Shown piece by piece: positions 40,470 through 55,214 of a stretch of DNA of 64,000 nt; within the stretch, counting starts at the first letter, position 1, and every line of letters begins with the position of its first letter. The stretch comes from the human T2T-CHM13v2.0 reference genome, Homo sapiens. The notes under the pieces are model-generated. The model saw only the letters and a list, made by a program, of their open reading frames with translations, was not told the DNA's origin and did no database searches. The stretch lies in assembly GCF_009914755.1 (NCBI RefSeq), contig NC_060934.1. One strand, given 5' to 3'. The translations under genes and the position numbers were made by a program.

Positions 40470-40710
40470 AAAAGAGCCACAGCTTTGGAATGAGTCAGAC
40501 CTTAATTTGAATCCTAAGTGTTTCTGTTAACTTGCAAGCTGAGTAGCCTTGGGTAAGTTACCTCAACTCTCCATCTCAATGTCCTCATTTGAAGTTGGCA
40601 ATAATAGTATCTATCTTGTAAGGTTGTCATTAGTACTAAATAGGATAAGGTCCATAAGCCCCTATCACAGTTTCTAGAATACTAATAATGCCATCAATAG
40701 TACTTAAAGT
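40470..40710 (+). mobile_element. MIR SINE
   Basis: GCTTTGGA..GTCAGACCT..TTTGAATCC..CCTTGGGTAAGTTACCTCAACTCTC..ATAATAGTATCTA. Confidence 0.75.
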
Positions 40711-41631
40711 ATGGGTGCTTAATGAACACTACAATTATTTTTCCTTTAGGAAAACAGAAAGCTTCACAAGGTACACATTTTAACAGTGTCCAGATTAAAT
40801 CTATTTAAATCCAGAAAGCATCCCCTATTATTTGCTGAATGGCATTTACTGACTATAAAAACTCAGGCGGTGCTATATATCCATATATGTGTGTGTCTGT
40901 GTGTATATGTTTAAGCCCATTCTAATAAAGAAATTGCTCAATTAGACTCAAAGAATTGCCTAAAATATGTACTGCCAGCAGCTCAACTATATTCACACCA
41001 AAACCCAAGCGACATCATGGAAATTTAAAGCTGAAACCTATAAGGAATCCTAAAAAGCACCTGATTCGCTTCTTCATTTTTCTGATAAGGAACCTGAGTT
41101 TGATGAAAGTCATGACTTACCAAGTCAGCATAGTGAGTACATAGGAGAGCCTTGTTGCTGCCTCCCAGATTTGAAAGTATTACTGTTTCATATCTAAACC
41201 CACATTCCCTCTATCTTCAATCACCTGAGTACCTGTGAAATCAGAAAGTAACCTTAGCAATAATAAAGGAGTAGATGTATATACAGGTAGCCTCCGAAGC
41301 AGTGTGATGTTATGCCTATTGTTCCGATATATTGCTATAGGAATCTGCTCCATGTTCTACAATTTACAAATAAAGCATTTCTTTTTGTTATGTATTCAAA
41401 TGTTCCTAGCTTTTTCTTTCTCTCATTGCCTTTTATTTGTAACTAGTGCTCAGACATAAAGGTTTCTTTTTCTATTAAGTTTTAAGCCCAATTTCAACAG
41501 TAATTTCAAGTGTAATTACTGCTCCTTTCTGGCAACAGCTCTGAAGTAAACCCACATTCATACTGTTCAGCAACATAGACAAACTCAAACATCCATACAT
41601 CCGCTTTCACATTTTACTCTTAAAGACTGAA

Positions 41632-43850
41632 TTTGAACATACCTTAATGTAATAAAAGCCATCTGTGACAAACCCACAGCCAATATAACATTGAATAAGG
41701 AAAAGTTGAAAGCATTCTCTCTGAGAAAGGGAATAGGCCCACTCTCACTGCTCCTCTTCAACATAGTACTGGAAGTCCTAGCGAGAGCAATCAGACAAGA
41801 GAAAAAAAATGAAGGGAATCCACATCAATAAAGAGGAAGTCAAACTGTCACTGTTTGCTGACAATATGATCGTTTACCTTGAAAACCCTAAAGATTCCTC
41901 CAGAAAGCTCCTAGAACTGATACAAGAATTCAGCAGTTTCTGGATACAAGATTAATGTACACCAATCAGTAGCTCTTCTATATACTAACAGCAACTAAGC
42001 AGATAATCAAATCAAGAACTCAATCTCTTTTACAATAGCTGCCAAAAAAATAAAATACTTAGGAATATACCTAACAAAGCAGTCGAAAGACCTATACAAG
42101 GAAAACTACAAAACACTGCTGAAAGAAATCACACACAACACAAACAAATGGAAAAACATCCCATGATCATGGAGGGGTAGAATCAATACTGTGAAAATGA
42201 CCATACTGCCAAAGACAATCTACAAATTCAATGCAATCCCTATCAAAATACCACCATCATTCTTCACAGAGTTAGAAAAAACAATTCTAAAATTCATATG
42301 GAACCAAAAAAGAGCCTGCATAGCCAAAGCAAGAGAAAGCAAAAAGAACAAATCTGGACACATCACACTACCTGATTTCAAACTATACTATAAGGCCATA
42401 GTCACCAAAACAGCATGGTACTGGTATAAAAATAGACACATAGACTAATGGAACAGAATAGAGAACCCAGAAATAAACCCAAATACTTACAGCCAACTGA
42501 TCTTCAACAAAGCAAACAAAAACATGAAGTGAGGAGAGGACACCCTTTTCAACAAATGGTGCTGGGATAATTGGCTAGACACATGTAGGATAATGAAACT
42601 GGATCCTAATCTCTCACCTTATAAAAAATCAACTCAAGATGGATTAAGGACTTACACCTAAGACCTGAAACTATTAAAATTCTAGAAGATAACATTAGAA
42701 AACCCTTCTAGACATTGGCTTAGGCAAGGATTTCATTACCAAGAACCCAAAAGCAAATGCAATAAAAACAAAGATAAATAGCTGGGACCTAATCAGACTA
42801 AAGAGCTTCTGCACAGCAAAAGGAACAGTCAGCAGAGTAAACAAACAAACCACAGAGTGGGAGAAAATCTTCACAATCTATACATCTGACAAAGGACTAA
42901 TATCCAGAACCTACAATGAATTCAAACAAATCAATAAGAAAAAAATAAACAATCCCATCAAAAAATGGGCTAAAGACATGAAAAGACAATTCTCAAAAGA
43001 AGATACACAGATGGCCAACAAACATATGAAAAAATGCTCAACATAACTAATTATCAGGGAAATGCAAATCAAAACCACAAGGCAATACCATCTTACTCCT
43101 GCAAGAATGGCCATAAGCAAAAAATCAAAAAACAGTAGATGTTGGCATGGATGCGGTGATCAGGGAACACTTCTACACTGCTGGTGGAAATGTAAACTAG
43201 TACAGCCACTATGGAAGACAGTATGGAGATTTCTTAAAGAACTGAAAGTAGAGCTACCATTTGATCCAGCAATCCCACTAATGTGTATCTACCCAGAGGA
43301 AAAGAAGTCATTATTCGAAAAGATACTTGCACATGCATGTTTACAGCAGCACAATTCACAACTGCAAAATCGTGGAACCAATGCAAATGCCCATCAATCA
43401 ATGAGTGGATAAAGAAACTGCAGTAAATACATAGATGGAATACTATGCAGCTATAAAAAGGAATAAATTAACAGCATTTGCAGCGACCTGGATGAGATTG
43501 GAGACTATTATTCTAAGTGAAGTAACTCAGGGATGGAAAACCAAACATCATATGTTCTCACTGATATGTGGGAGGTAAGCAATAAGGACCCAAAGGCATA
43601 AGAATGATACAATGGACTTTGGGGACCTGAGAGGAAGACTGGGAGTGGGGTGAGGGATAAAATACTACAAATATGGTGCAGTGTATACTGCTTGGGTGAT
43701 GGGTGCACCAAAATCTCACAAATCACCACTAAAGAACTTACTCATGTAACCAAATACCATCTGTACCCCAATAAATTTAATAAATACCCCAATAAATTTA
43801 ATAAATACCCCAATAAATTTAATAAAATTTAAAAATATAAAAATTACACA
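41632..43850 (+). mobile_element. 5'-truncated L1PB1-like element
   Basis: ORF2 RT and C-terminal remnants (ORFs 42191, 43062). L1PB 3'UTR GGGTGATGGGTGCACCAAAATCTCACAAATCACCACTAAAGAACTTA. Confidence 0.92.
43764..43826 (+). repeat. 21-bp unit repeated three times (TACCCCAATAAATTTAATAAA)
   Basis: Three exact copies at the L1PB 3' terminus. Confidence 0.92.
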
Positions 43851-44108
43851 AAAAAACAACTAATTTTAGAAATGATCTAATCATGTAGGAACTACAACCT
43901 ACGTAACTGGCCATTTGAGTTGTAATATAAATTAGTAAAAATTTTTCACTTTGTCTTTCTTTTATCAATTTCTTAGTAAGAAAAAAAGAAATAGAACTTA
44001 AATATTCTTAGATATTTTTAAGGTTGATGTGGTAATTAGTTTTATAACTTTTTTCTGGAATGAAATGAAAATAGGAAAAAAGAGCTGTTTTAGCTAACTT
44101 TCTGACTG

Positions 44109-44415
44109 GGTATAAAAATGGTAAAATAAGCCTATAATTACTTTTTCTGGAGAAATATGAAATAAAAGATTTAAATTTGCTAAAGAAAAATACTGAATTT
44201 GAAAGGGCAACAAATAATGGCTTGGAGGAAAATAAATTAAGATAAAATAATTATAAAAATGGTAGAATTTTGGTATAAAAATGGTAGAATAAGCTTATAA
44301 TTACTTTTTCTGGAGAAATATGAAATAAAAGATTTAAACTTGCTAAAAAAAAAGAAAAAGACTGCATTTGAAAGAGCAACAAATAATGGCTTGGAGGAAA
44401 ATAAATAAATTAAGA
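44109..44415 (+). repeat. ~135-bp tandem duplication of non-repeat DNA with a 29-bp filler
   Basis: Copies at 44109-44242 and 44272-44415. Confidence 0.9.
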
Positions 44416-45556
44416 GGAAAGGGTCAGGGAGCACTACCGACTCACAGCCAAGTTGTTTTTCCCACTTACTGGCATAAGCAGTACTTGGCAGTTTGGGCAT
44501 GATGGGAATGTTCCCACCACCCCTCCTAAAAGAAGAAAAATTGTATGTCAACATACAAGAGGCAAGGCTGCCAAAACTATCAATAAAGTATAAATTTCAT
44601 GAGGGTAGAAATTTTTGAGAGTTTCATTCACTGCTGAAATCTCTCAGGACAGTATCTGACACACAGCAGGCTCTCTCTAAACATCTGCTCCGTGAAGGCA
44701 GTACATAGACCTTATTGGCCTCAGCATCAGATCCTGACAGTGAAACTCCTTACAACACCACTAGCATCTAAAATTAAATATTCAAGGGAGGAGCAAGATG
44801 GCCAAATAGAAGCCACCATCAATTGTCCCTAAAGCCGGAATACCAAATTTTAACAACTAACTACACACAAAAAAGCACTGACATAAGAACAAAAAATCAG
44901 GTAAGCAATCACAGCACCTGGTTTTAACTTCATATTGCTGAAAGAAGCACTGAAGAGGGTATGAAAGACAGCTTTGAATTGCTGGTGCCACCCCTCCCCA
45001 ATCTCCAGGCAGTGACCATCTGGCACAGAGAGAGAATCTGTGCACAAGGGGGTGGAAGAGCACAGTGGCTGGGGCACTTGCTGCCTTGAAGGAAGATTGA
45101 ACTTATGCCCTGTCACAGCAGAGAGCAAAGCCATGCTGGGCTTAGCCAGCTCCTGCCCAAAAAGGGAACATTTGGACAAGCCCTAGCCAGAGGGAAATCG
45201 CCCATCCCAGTGGTCAGAACTTGAGTTTCTTGACAAACATCACCACTGCGGGCCAGAGAGCTCTGGGGTCCTTGGTAAGCTTTAAAGGCAGTCTATGACA
45301 CAAGGACTGAAATTCCTCCTACTGCTGAGCTTAGAGCCAGTGGACTAGGGTGGCACATGACCTAGGGACAGAGTGAAAAACGGGGTGTTTTTTCTACTCC
45401 TCCCACAAGCCCAGGCAGCCCTGCTCGCAGAAATGAAAGTGACTCTTTCCTTCTGCTTGAGGAGAGGAAAGCAAATAGCAAAGAGGACTTTGCCTTGCAT
45501 CTAGAATACCAGCTCACCCACAACAGGATAGGGCATCAGGCAGAGTCCTGAGGCCC

Positions 45557-45985
45557 TGTATTAGCCTGTTCTTGCATTGTGATAAAGAAATACCTGAGGC
45601 TGAAAATTTTATAAAGAAAAGAGGTTTAATTGGCTCATGGTTCTGCCAATCAGCATCAGGAAACATGATGCTGGCATCTGTTCAGCTCATAAGGAGGTCT
45701 CAGGAAACTTACAATCAATGGCAAAAGGCAAAGGGGAAGCAAGCACATCTTACATGGCCGGAGCAAGAGCAAGAGAGAGAGGGGGAAGGTGCTACACACT
45801 TTTAAACAACCAGACCTCATGAGAACTCACTCACTATCGTGACAACAGCACCAAGGGGGATGGTGTTAAACCATAAGAAACTGTCCTCATAATCCAATCA
45901 CCTCCCACTAGGCCCCCCACCTCCAACAATAAGGATTACAATTAAACATGACATTTAAATAGGGACAGAGAACCAAACCATATCA
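45557..45985 (-). mobile_element. MSTA/B-like solo LTR in the L1 5'UTR
   Basis: Runs from TGTATTAG to CCAAACCATATCA. 5-bp TSD GGCCC/GACCC. Confidence 0.9.
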
Positions 45986-48900
45986 GACCCCCATTCCAGT
46001 CCGTAGCTCCTGGGCAACATTTCTCAACACACCCTGGGAACCTGCCCAGAAGGGAGCCTGCTACCTTGAAGGGAAAGACCAAGTCCTGGCAGGATTCATC
46101 ATCTGACTAAGGAGCCCTTCGGCCCCGAACAACCAAAGGCAATATCCAGGTAATATGCCATGGGCCTTGGGTGAAACTCTGAGACATGCTGGCTTTAGGG
46201 GAGATGCAGAATATTCCCAGCTGTGGGAACTATGGTGAAAAATTCTTTCTGCCTGAGAAAAGCATGGGGAAACGTAAAGGGGGCTTTTTCTTGCACATTA
46301 GGTACCAACTCAGCCACAGTGAGGTAGAGTATCAAGCTGACTCTTGGGGTCCTTGAGTCCAGACCTAGGTTCTTAAACAGAATTTCTGGACTTACCCTGG
46401 GCCAGAAGGGAGCCCACATCCCTTAAGGGTGACTTCCAGGCCTGGCAGTGTTCACCACAAGCTGACTGAAGAGCCCTTTGGCTTTAAGTGAACATCAGCA
46501 GTGGCCTGGAAGTAACTCTTGTCACCTGTGGTGGTGGTGGTGGCGATGGAAAGAGACAGCTCCGCCTGTGGAAAGTGGAGGGAAGAGTGGGAAGGACTTT
46601 GTCTTGTGGTTTGAGGGCAAGCTCAGATGCAGTAAAACAGAACACAAGGCAGATTTCTAAGGTTTTTTTACTAGAATCCCTGGCTCCTAGACAGCATCTC
46701 TGAACCTACTCAAGACCCAGGAGAACTTTCCACTCTGAAGGGAAGGACATAAACCTAGCTGGCTTCCGAACCTACTGATTGTAGAACCCTAGAATGAGCT
46801 AGTCAGTAGCCAGTTAGTGGTTACAGTAAGCCTTTGGTGAGACCCAGTGCTGTCCTGGCTTCAGGTCTGACCTCTGTAGTCCCAGTATTGGTGGCCACAG
46901 GGGGGATTGTGTTACCCCATCCCCAGATGCAGGCAGCTCAGCACAGAGAGAGAAGGTCCATTTGTTTGAGAGAAAGTAAGAGAAGAGAACAAGAGTCTCT
47001 GCCTAGTAATCCAGAAAATTATTCTAGATTCTATACAAGACCACCAAGACTGCACCTCTATAAGTTTGCAGGAACCACAGCATTATTGGGCCTGGGGCCC
47101 AAATCCCTTCAAATACCTGGGAAGCCTTTCCAAGAAAGATGGGCACAAACAAGCCCAGACTGAGAACACTACAATAAATACCTAACTCTTCAATGCCCAG
47201 ACACTGACAAATACCCACAAGCAACAATACCATCCAAGAAAACATGACCTCACCAAACAAACTAAATAAGGCACCAGGGACCAATACTGGCGACACAGAG
47301 ATAGGTGACCTTTAAGAGAGAGAATTCAAAAAGCTGCTTTAAGGAAACTCAAAGAAATTCAAGATAACATGGAGAAGGAATTCAGAATTCCATCAGATAA
47401 ATTTAACAAAGAGATTTAAATAATAAAAAGAAGCAAGCAGAAATTCTGGAGTTAAAAAATGCAATTGACAAACTGAATAATGCATCAGAATACCTTAATA
47501 GCAGAACTGGTCAATCAGAAGAAAGAATCAGTGAGCTTGAAAACAGACTATAAGAAAATATACAGTGAGAGAAGACAAAAAAAAAAAAAGAATAAAAAGC
47601 AATGTAGCATGCCTTCAAGATCTAGAAAATAGCCTCGAAAGGGCAAATCTAAGAATTATTGGTCTTAAAGAGGAGGTAGAAAAAGAGATAGTGATAGAAA
47701 GTTTATTCAAAAATACAATATCAGAGAACTGCCCAAACCCAGAGAAAGATATCAACATTCAAATACAAGAAGACTATAGAACACCAAGCATATTTAACCC
47801 AAAGACTACCTTAAAGCATTTAATAACAAAACTCCCAAAGTTCAAGGATAAAGAAAGGATCCTAAAAGCACCAAAAGAAAAGAAACAAATCACATACAAT
47901 GGAGCTCCAATACATCTGGCAGCAGACTTTTCAGTGGTAACTTTATAGGCCAGGAGAGAGTGGTATTACATATCTAAAGTGCTGAAGGAAAAAACTTTTA
48001 TTCTAGAATAGTATATACTGTGAAAATATCCTTCAAGCATGAAGGAGAAATACTTTCCTGGACAAAGAAAAGCTGAGGAATTTCATCGAGACCAGACCTA
48101 CAAGAAATACTAAAGGGATCTCTTCAAGCAGAAAGAAAAGGATATTCATTATCATAAGAAGTCATCTGAAGGTACAAAACTCACTGTTAATTGTAAGCAT
48201 ACAGAAAAACACAGACTATTACAATGTTGTAATTGTGGTGTGTAAACTACTCTTAAGTACAAAAACTAATGATGAACCAATCAAAAATAATTACTACAAC
48301 AACTATTCAAAGCCTAAGCAGTGCAATAAGGCATAAGCAGTGCAATAAGACCTAAGAGAAACAACCAAATGATAAAAAGCAGGGAGATGAAGTTAAAGTG
48401 TAGAGTTTTTATTAGTTTTCTTTTTGTTTTTTTGTTTATGCAATCAGTGTTAAGTTGTTATCAGTGTAAAATAACGGGTTATAAGATAGTATTTGCAAAC
48501 TTCATGGTAACCTCAAATTGAAAAAACAGACAACAAATACACAAAAAAATAAAAAGCAGTAAATTAAATCATACCACCAAAGAAAATCACCTTCATGGGG
48601 AAAAAAGAAAGAGAAGACCACAGAACAACCAGAAAACAAATAACAAAATAACAATAAGTCCTTACTTATCAATAATAATATTGAATGTAAATGGACTAAA
48701 CTCTGCAATCAAATGTCACAGAGTGGCTAAACAGATTAAAAAAAAGAGAGAGACCCAATGATCTGTTGCCTACAAGAAACACACTTCACTTACAAAAATA
48801 CACATAGACTGAAAACAAAGGAATGATAAAAGATACTCTATCTGAATGAACAGCCCCCCAAAAAAGGAGTAGCTATACTTACATCAGACATAATAGATTT

Positions 48901-49103
48901 CAAGACAAAAACTGTACAAAGAGACAAAAAAATCATTATAAAGGATCAATTCAGCATGATAAAGGGTCAATTCAGCAAGAGGATATAAAAATTGTAAATA
49001 TATATGCACCCAATGATAGAGCACCCAGATATATATCATTAGAGCTAAAGAGACAGGTAGACCTCAATATAATAACAACTAGAGACTTTAACACCCTACT
49101 TTC

Positions 49104-50284
<1,181 letters not shown>

Positions 50285-51468
50285 TCAGAATTGGACAGAT
50301 CTTCCAGACAGAAAATCAACAAAGAAATGTAATATTTAATCTGTGCTATAGAACAAATGGACTTAATAGAAATTTACAGAACATTTCAATGGCTGCAGAA
50401 TACACATTCTTTTCTTCAGCACAAGGATCACTCTCAAGGACAGATCATATGTTAGGTCCCAAAACAAGTCTTAAGATATTCAAGAAATTAAAATAATATC
50501 AAGGATCTCTTCTGGCCACAGTGGAATAAAACTAGAAACCAATAACAGGAGGAATTTTGGAAACTATACAAACATATGAAAATTAAACAATATACTCCTG
50601 AATGACTAGTGGGTCAATGAAAAAATTAAGAAGAAAATTTACAAATTTCTTGAAACAAATGACAATGGAAACACAACATACCAAAACCTGTAAAACACAG
50701 TGAAAGTAGCTCCAGGAGGCAAGTTCATACCTATAAATGCCTACATCGAAAAAGAAGAAAAACTTCAAATAAATAACCTAATGATGAATTTTAAAGACCT
50801 AAAAAAGCCAGAGCAAACCAAACCCAAAATTAGTAGAAGAAAATAAATAATAATGATCAGAGCAGACATAAGTGAAATTGAAATGAAGAAAACAATACAA
50901 AAGATCGATGAAATGAAAAGTTAGTTTTTTGAAAGCCTAAACAAAATTGACAAACTTTTAGCCAGAATAACTAAGAAAAAAGGAGAGAAAATCCAAATAA
51001 ATAAAATCAGAGATTAAAAAAGAGATGTTACAACTGATACCACAGAAATTCAAAGGATAATTAGTAGCTACTATGAGCAACTATATGCCAACAAATTGGA
51101 AAATCTAAAGGAAATGGAAAAATTCCTAGACACATACAACCTACCAAGATTGAACCACAAGGAAATCCAAAACCTGAAGAGACCAATAATAAGCAAAGAG
51201 ATCCAAGCCATAATAAAGTGTCATCCAGCAAACAAAGGCTCAGGACCTATGGCTTCACTGCTGAATCCTATCAAACATTTAAAGAAGAACTAATTACTAC
51301 AATATAGCTTATGAAGAACAAATAATCAGGAAAAAAAAACTAATACCAATTCTGCTCAAACTACTCTGAAAAATAAAGGAGGGAGTACTTCCAAACTCAT
51401 TCCATGAGGCTAGTATTACCCTGACACCAAAAGCAGACCAGACAAAGACATAACAGAAAAAAGAAAAC

Positions 51469-51748
51469 TTGCAAGCTTAATGGTAACCTCAAATTGAAAA
51501 AAACATACAACAAATACACACACAAAAAAAGCAAGAAATTAAATCATAACACCAAAGAAAAGCACCTTCATAGGGAAAAAAGGAAAACAACAAAACAACC
51601 AGAAAACAAATAACAAAATAACAGGCATAAGTTCTTATAAATAATATTATTGAATATAAATGAACTAAACTCTGCAATCAAATGATGTAGAGGAGCTAAA
51701 TGCATTAAAAAAAAAAAGACCTGTTGATCTGTTGCCTATAAGAAACAC
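51469..51748 (+). repeat. Dispersed copy of 48493-48782 (L1 spacer and ORF2 start)
   Basis: TTGCAA..ATGGTAACCTCAAATTGAAAAAA...GATCTGTTGCCTA.AAGAAACAC is present at both sites. Confidence 0.85.
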
Positions 51749-51749
51749 A

Positions 51750-51971
51750 AGAAAAGAAAAGAGAGGGGTGAACCCTTTCTTTGCCCTTTGCCCCACTCCC
51801 AAGATAACAAACCTACTGCAACCCACTTCCATGATAACAACATTAATCCATTTAAGAAGGCAGAGCCCTCATGACCTAATCACCTCCTATTAGGCCCTAC
51901 CTTCCAAACTGTTGTACCGGGGATTAGATTTCCAACACATGCTTTTTGGGAGACATATTCTAAGCATAGCA
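51750..51971 (-). mobile_element. Partial MST (MSTC-like) LTR
   Basis: CATTAATCCATT..GGCAGAGCCCTCATGACCTAATCACCTC..CATAGCA terminus. Confidence 0.75.
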
Positions 51972-52813
51972 GAGAGGTCTTTGGTTCTTAAAGCAATACC
52001 ACTATTCAGCAGCTAAAGGTAGGCTGAGTTTAAGCAGGTATTCTTTGAATAATAACAGGATCATCAATAGAAATTTATGTTTGAGATATACAATTATGGG
52101 ATTACATATAAATTTTATTTCAGCAAATTACTGCATACAGCCATCATAGAATTTATCATCTTGCACTGCAATAACCCATTTACTCATCTATCTCAAGTAG
52201 ACAGTGAGCTTCCTGAGGGCAGAGAAAGCTTCATTTTGTCCTAGTGTCTGGTACATGACAGATGCTCAATAAACATCAGAGAGAAAAGATAAAAGGGACA
52301 TACCAGTTGACACACTGACCTGTTCCCTCACATAGTATTAAAGCATAGATGGCAAGTTAATCTTTCATTCAACAAACGCGAGATACAGTCTCTGCCCTCA
52401 AGCACCTTACAATATGGAATGCAAGGGAAGGCAAACATGAAGAAAAAGGCCTGTATTTTGAACCGAATCAGTCATTTGTGAGCTTTGTACATCTCCTCAT
52501 TTAACTTAAGCCTACACCCCTTCTAACATCTAAACCCTTCCACTGTATCCCTTAAAATCTATACTGTGCTCTCCTACACTCCCACCCCTACTCCCTAGTC
52601 CACCCCTGACAGAACTTTCAAAAACTACAACCTCCACCTGAGCTCTCCTAGACCGAACTCTCAATGCAGCAGATAGGGTTTCCTTCTAAAACCCCAAAGG
52701 AATGTGTCATTCCCCTGCTCAAAACTTCTCAGGACCCTCATCTTACTCAGAGTAAAATCTAAAGTGCTGACCACTGTTCATAAGGTCTGTTTCCTTCTCT
52801 CACTTATCATCTA

Positions 52814-53790
<977 letters not shown>

Positions 53791-54225
53791 ACTACCACTC
53801 TTCTCCTTGCTCCTTGTTCCTTCAAAGAAAAGCCTCCACCTTTGTTCTGCACATATCCCCTCAGTCTAGAACATTCCCCACCACTACCACCCATATCTGT
53901 TTGGCCCATTTCCTCCCATGTATTCAGGTCGCTGCTCAATGTCACTTTCAAAGAAAGATGATCCCTGACCACCTTGTATCAAACAACACCCCTTGGTCAT
54001 CACATTTCTACTTTACCTGTCTTTATTCATCCTCATAGCTCTTATAACTGCTTGATGTGTATGTGTTTGTTTACCTGCTCATTGTCTGTCTTCTCTGACC
54101 AGGATAAAGTCTCCCCAAGAGCAGAGACTTTTCCTGTTTCATTCACCTCTTATATTTCCAGGGCCTAGATAAGAGTCTGGCACAAAGGAAGAGCTCTTTC
54201 AATGTTAGTTCAATGAATAAATTAT
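53791..54225 (+). mobile_element. L2 3' end, continuing from ~52600-52813
   Basis: TCAATGTCACTTTC..TCCCTGACCACC..CTGGCACAAAGGAAGAGCTC..AATGAATAAA. Confidence 0.7.
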
Positions 54226-54544
54226 TGTTAATTATACAAAGCAAAAGAGATTCAAATAAAGTGCTATTAGAATGAGCCACTTAACTTTGCAGAAAGTGCA
54301 ACTCTGTATAGCTAGAGCTATAAAAGAGCTGAGCTTTTGGCTACAGAAACACCTGAGCAAGAATTTATGATAGCTGAGTGCTTCTTGTCACCCCTGCTTT
54401 CAAAATAACTGCAAATTTGTGATGGACAGCAAAGAGTTGTCATCTTCATGCACCAATTCATATGATTCGTATGGTCTTACCTCACTAATCAAATAATGAG
54501 GGAGGAGAGCAGGGAAAGGGACTGGTTTTTAATAATGAAAAGTG

Positions 54545-54992
54545 AAATATTAGAATAAATGAATAAATGTTCCTGTGTATGAAGAGAAATTAAAGAAATT
54601 CTGTCCAATTCATTTATAGATTTATGCAACTCCAATCAAAACTCCAATGCAATTTGTTCAGAAAGTGATAGAATAATTCTAAAATTCATCTGGAAAATTA
54701 AGCAGGTAAGATAATTCTAAAAAGAAAGAGATTAAGCATCCTAAAGCTATAATAATAAAACAAAGTGCTACGGATATAAAAGTAGATTAATAAAACAGGA
54801 TAGCTAGCCTAAAATAGAAAGAACTTATTCATGATTTAAAAAACTCCTAATCAAAGAAGAATGAATGAATGAATGAATAATAAAACATATCATTTAATAA
54901 ACGCTTTTGGGATAATTGATTATGTATTTAAAGAAAAAATAATTTGAGCACCTGTTGTACATTTTATACTAAAAGAAATTCTATGCGAGTTG
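54545..54992 (+). mobile_element. Old L1ME-type ORF2 fragment, continuing at ~57650-57890
   Basis: TAGATTTATGCAACTCCAATCAAAA..TTCTAAAATTCATCTGGAAAA..AAAGCTATAATAAT..TTTAATAAA..GGGATAATTG. Confidence 0.65.
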
Positions 54993-55214
54993 AAGAGTTA
55001 AGATGGAATCTTAAAGATTCTTTAAGATTGAATTAAGATGGAATTCTTAAAGATTTCATCTTTAACTCTTTAACTCGCATAGGATTTCTTATCAAAAACT
55101 TGATAAAAAATTACTATTTATTATAGATATATAATTGTTATACAATTTAGAAATATATATTATTTTAATTTCTAAATATATATTAAATATAATAATATTT
55201 ATATATCTATAGGT

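Noticed and set aside
43764-44415. Direct repeats superficially resembling a CRISPR or minisatellite system
   Set aside because: No unique spacers, no cas genes and a primate context. They are plain tandem duplications.
48316-48978. Small 18-21 bp tandem duplications in the L1 (AAGCAGTGCAATAAG and TAAAGG.TCAATTCAGCA)
   Set aside because: Ordinary slippage indels.
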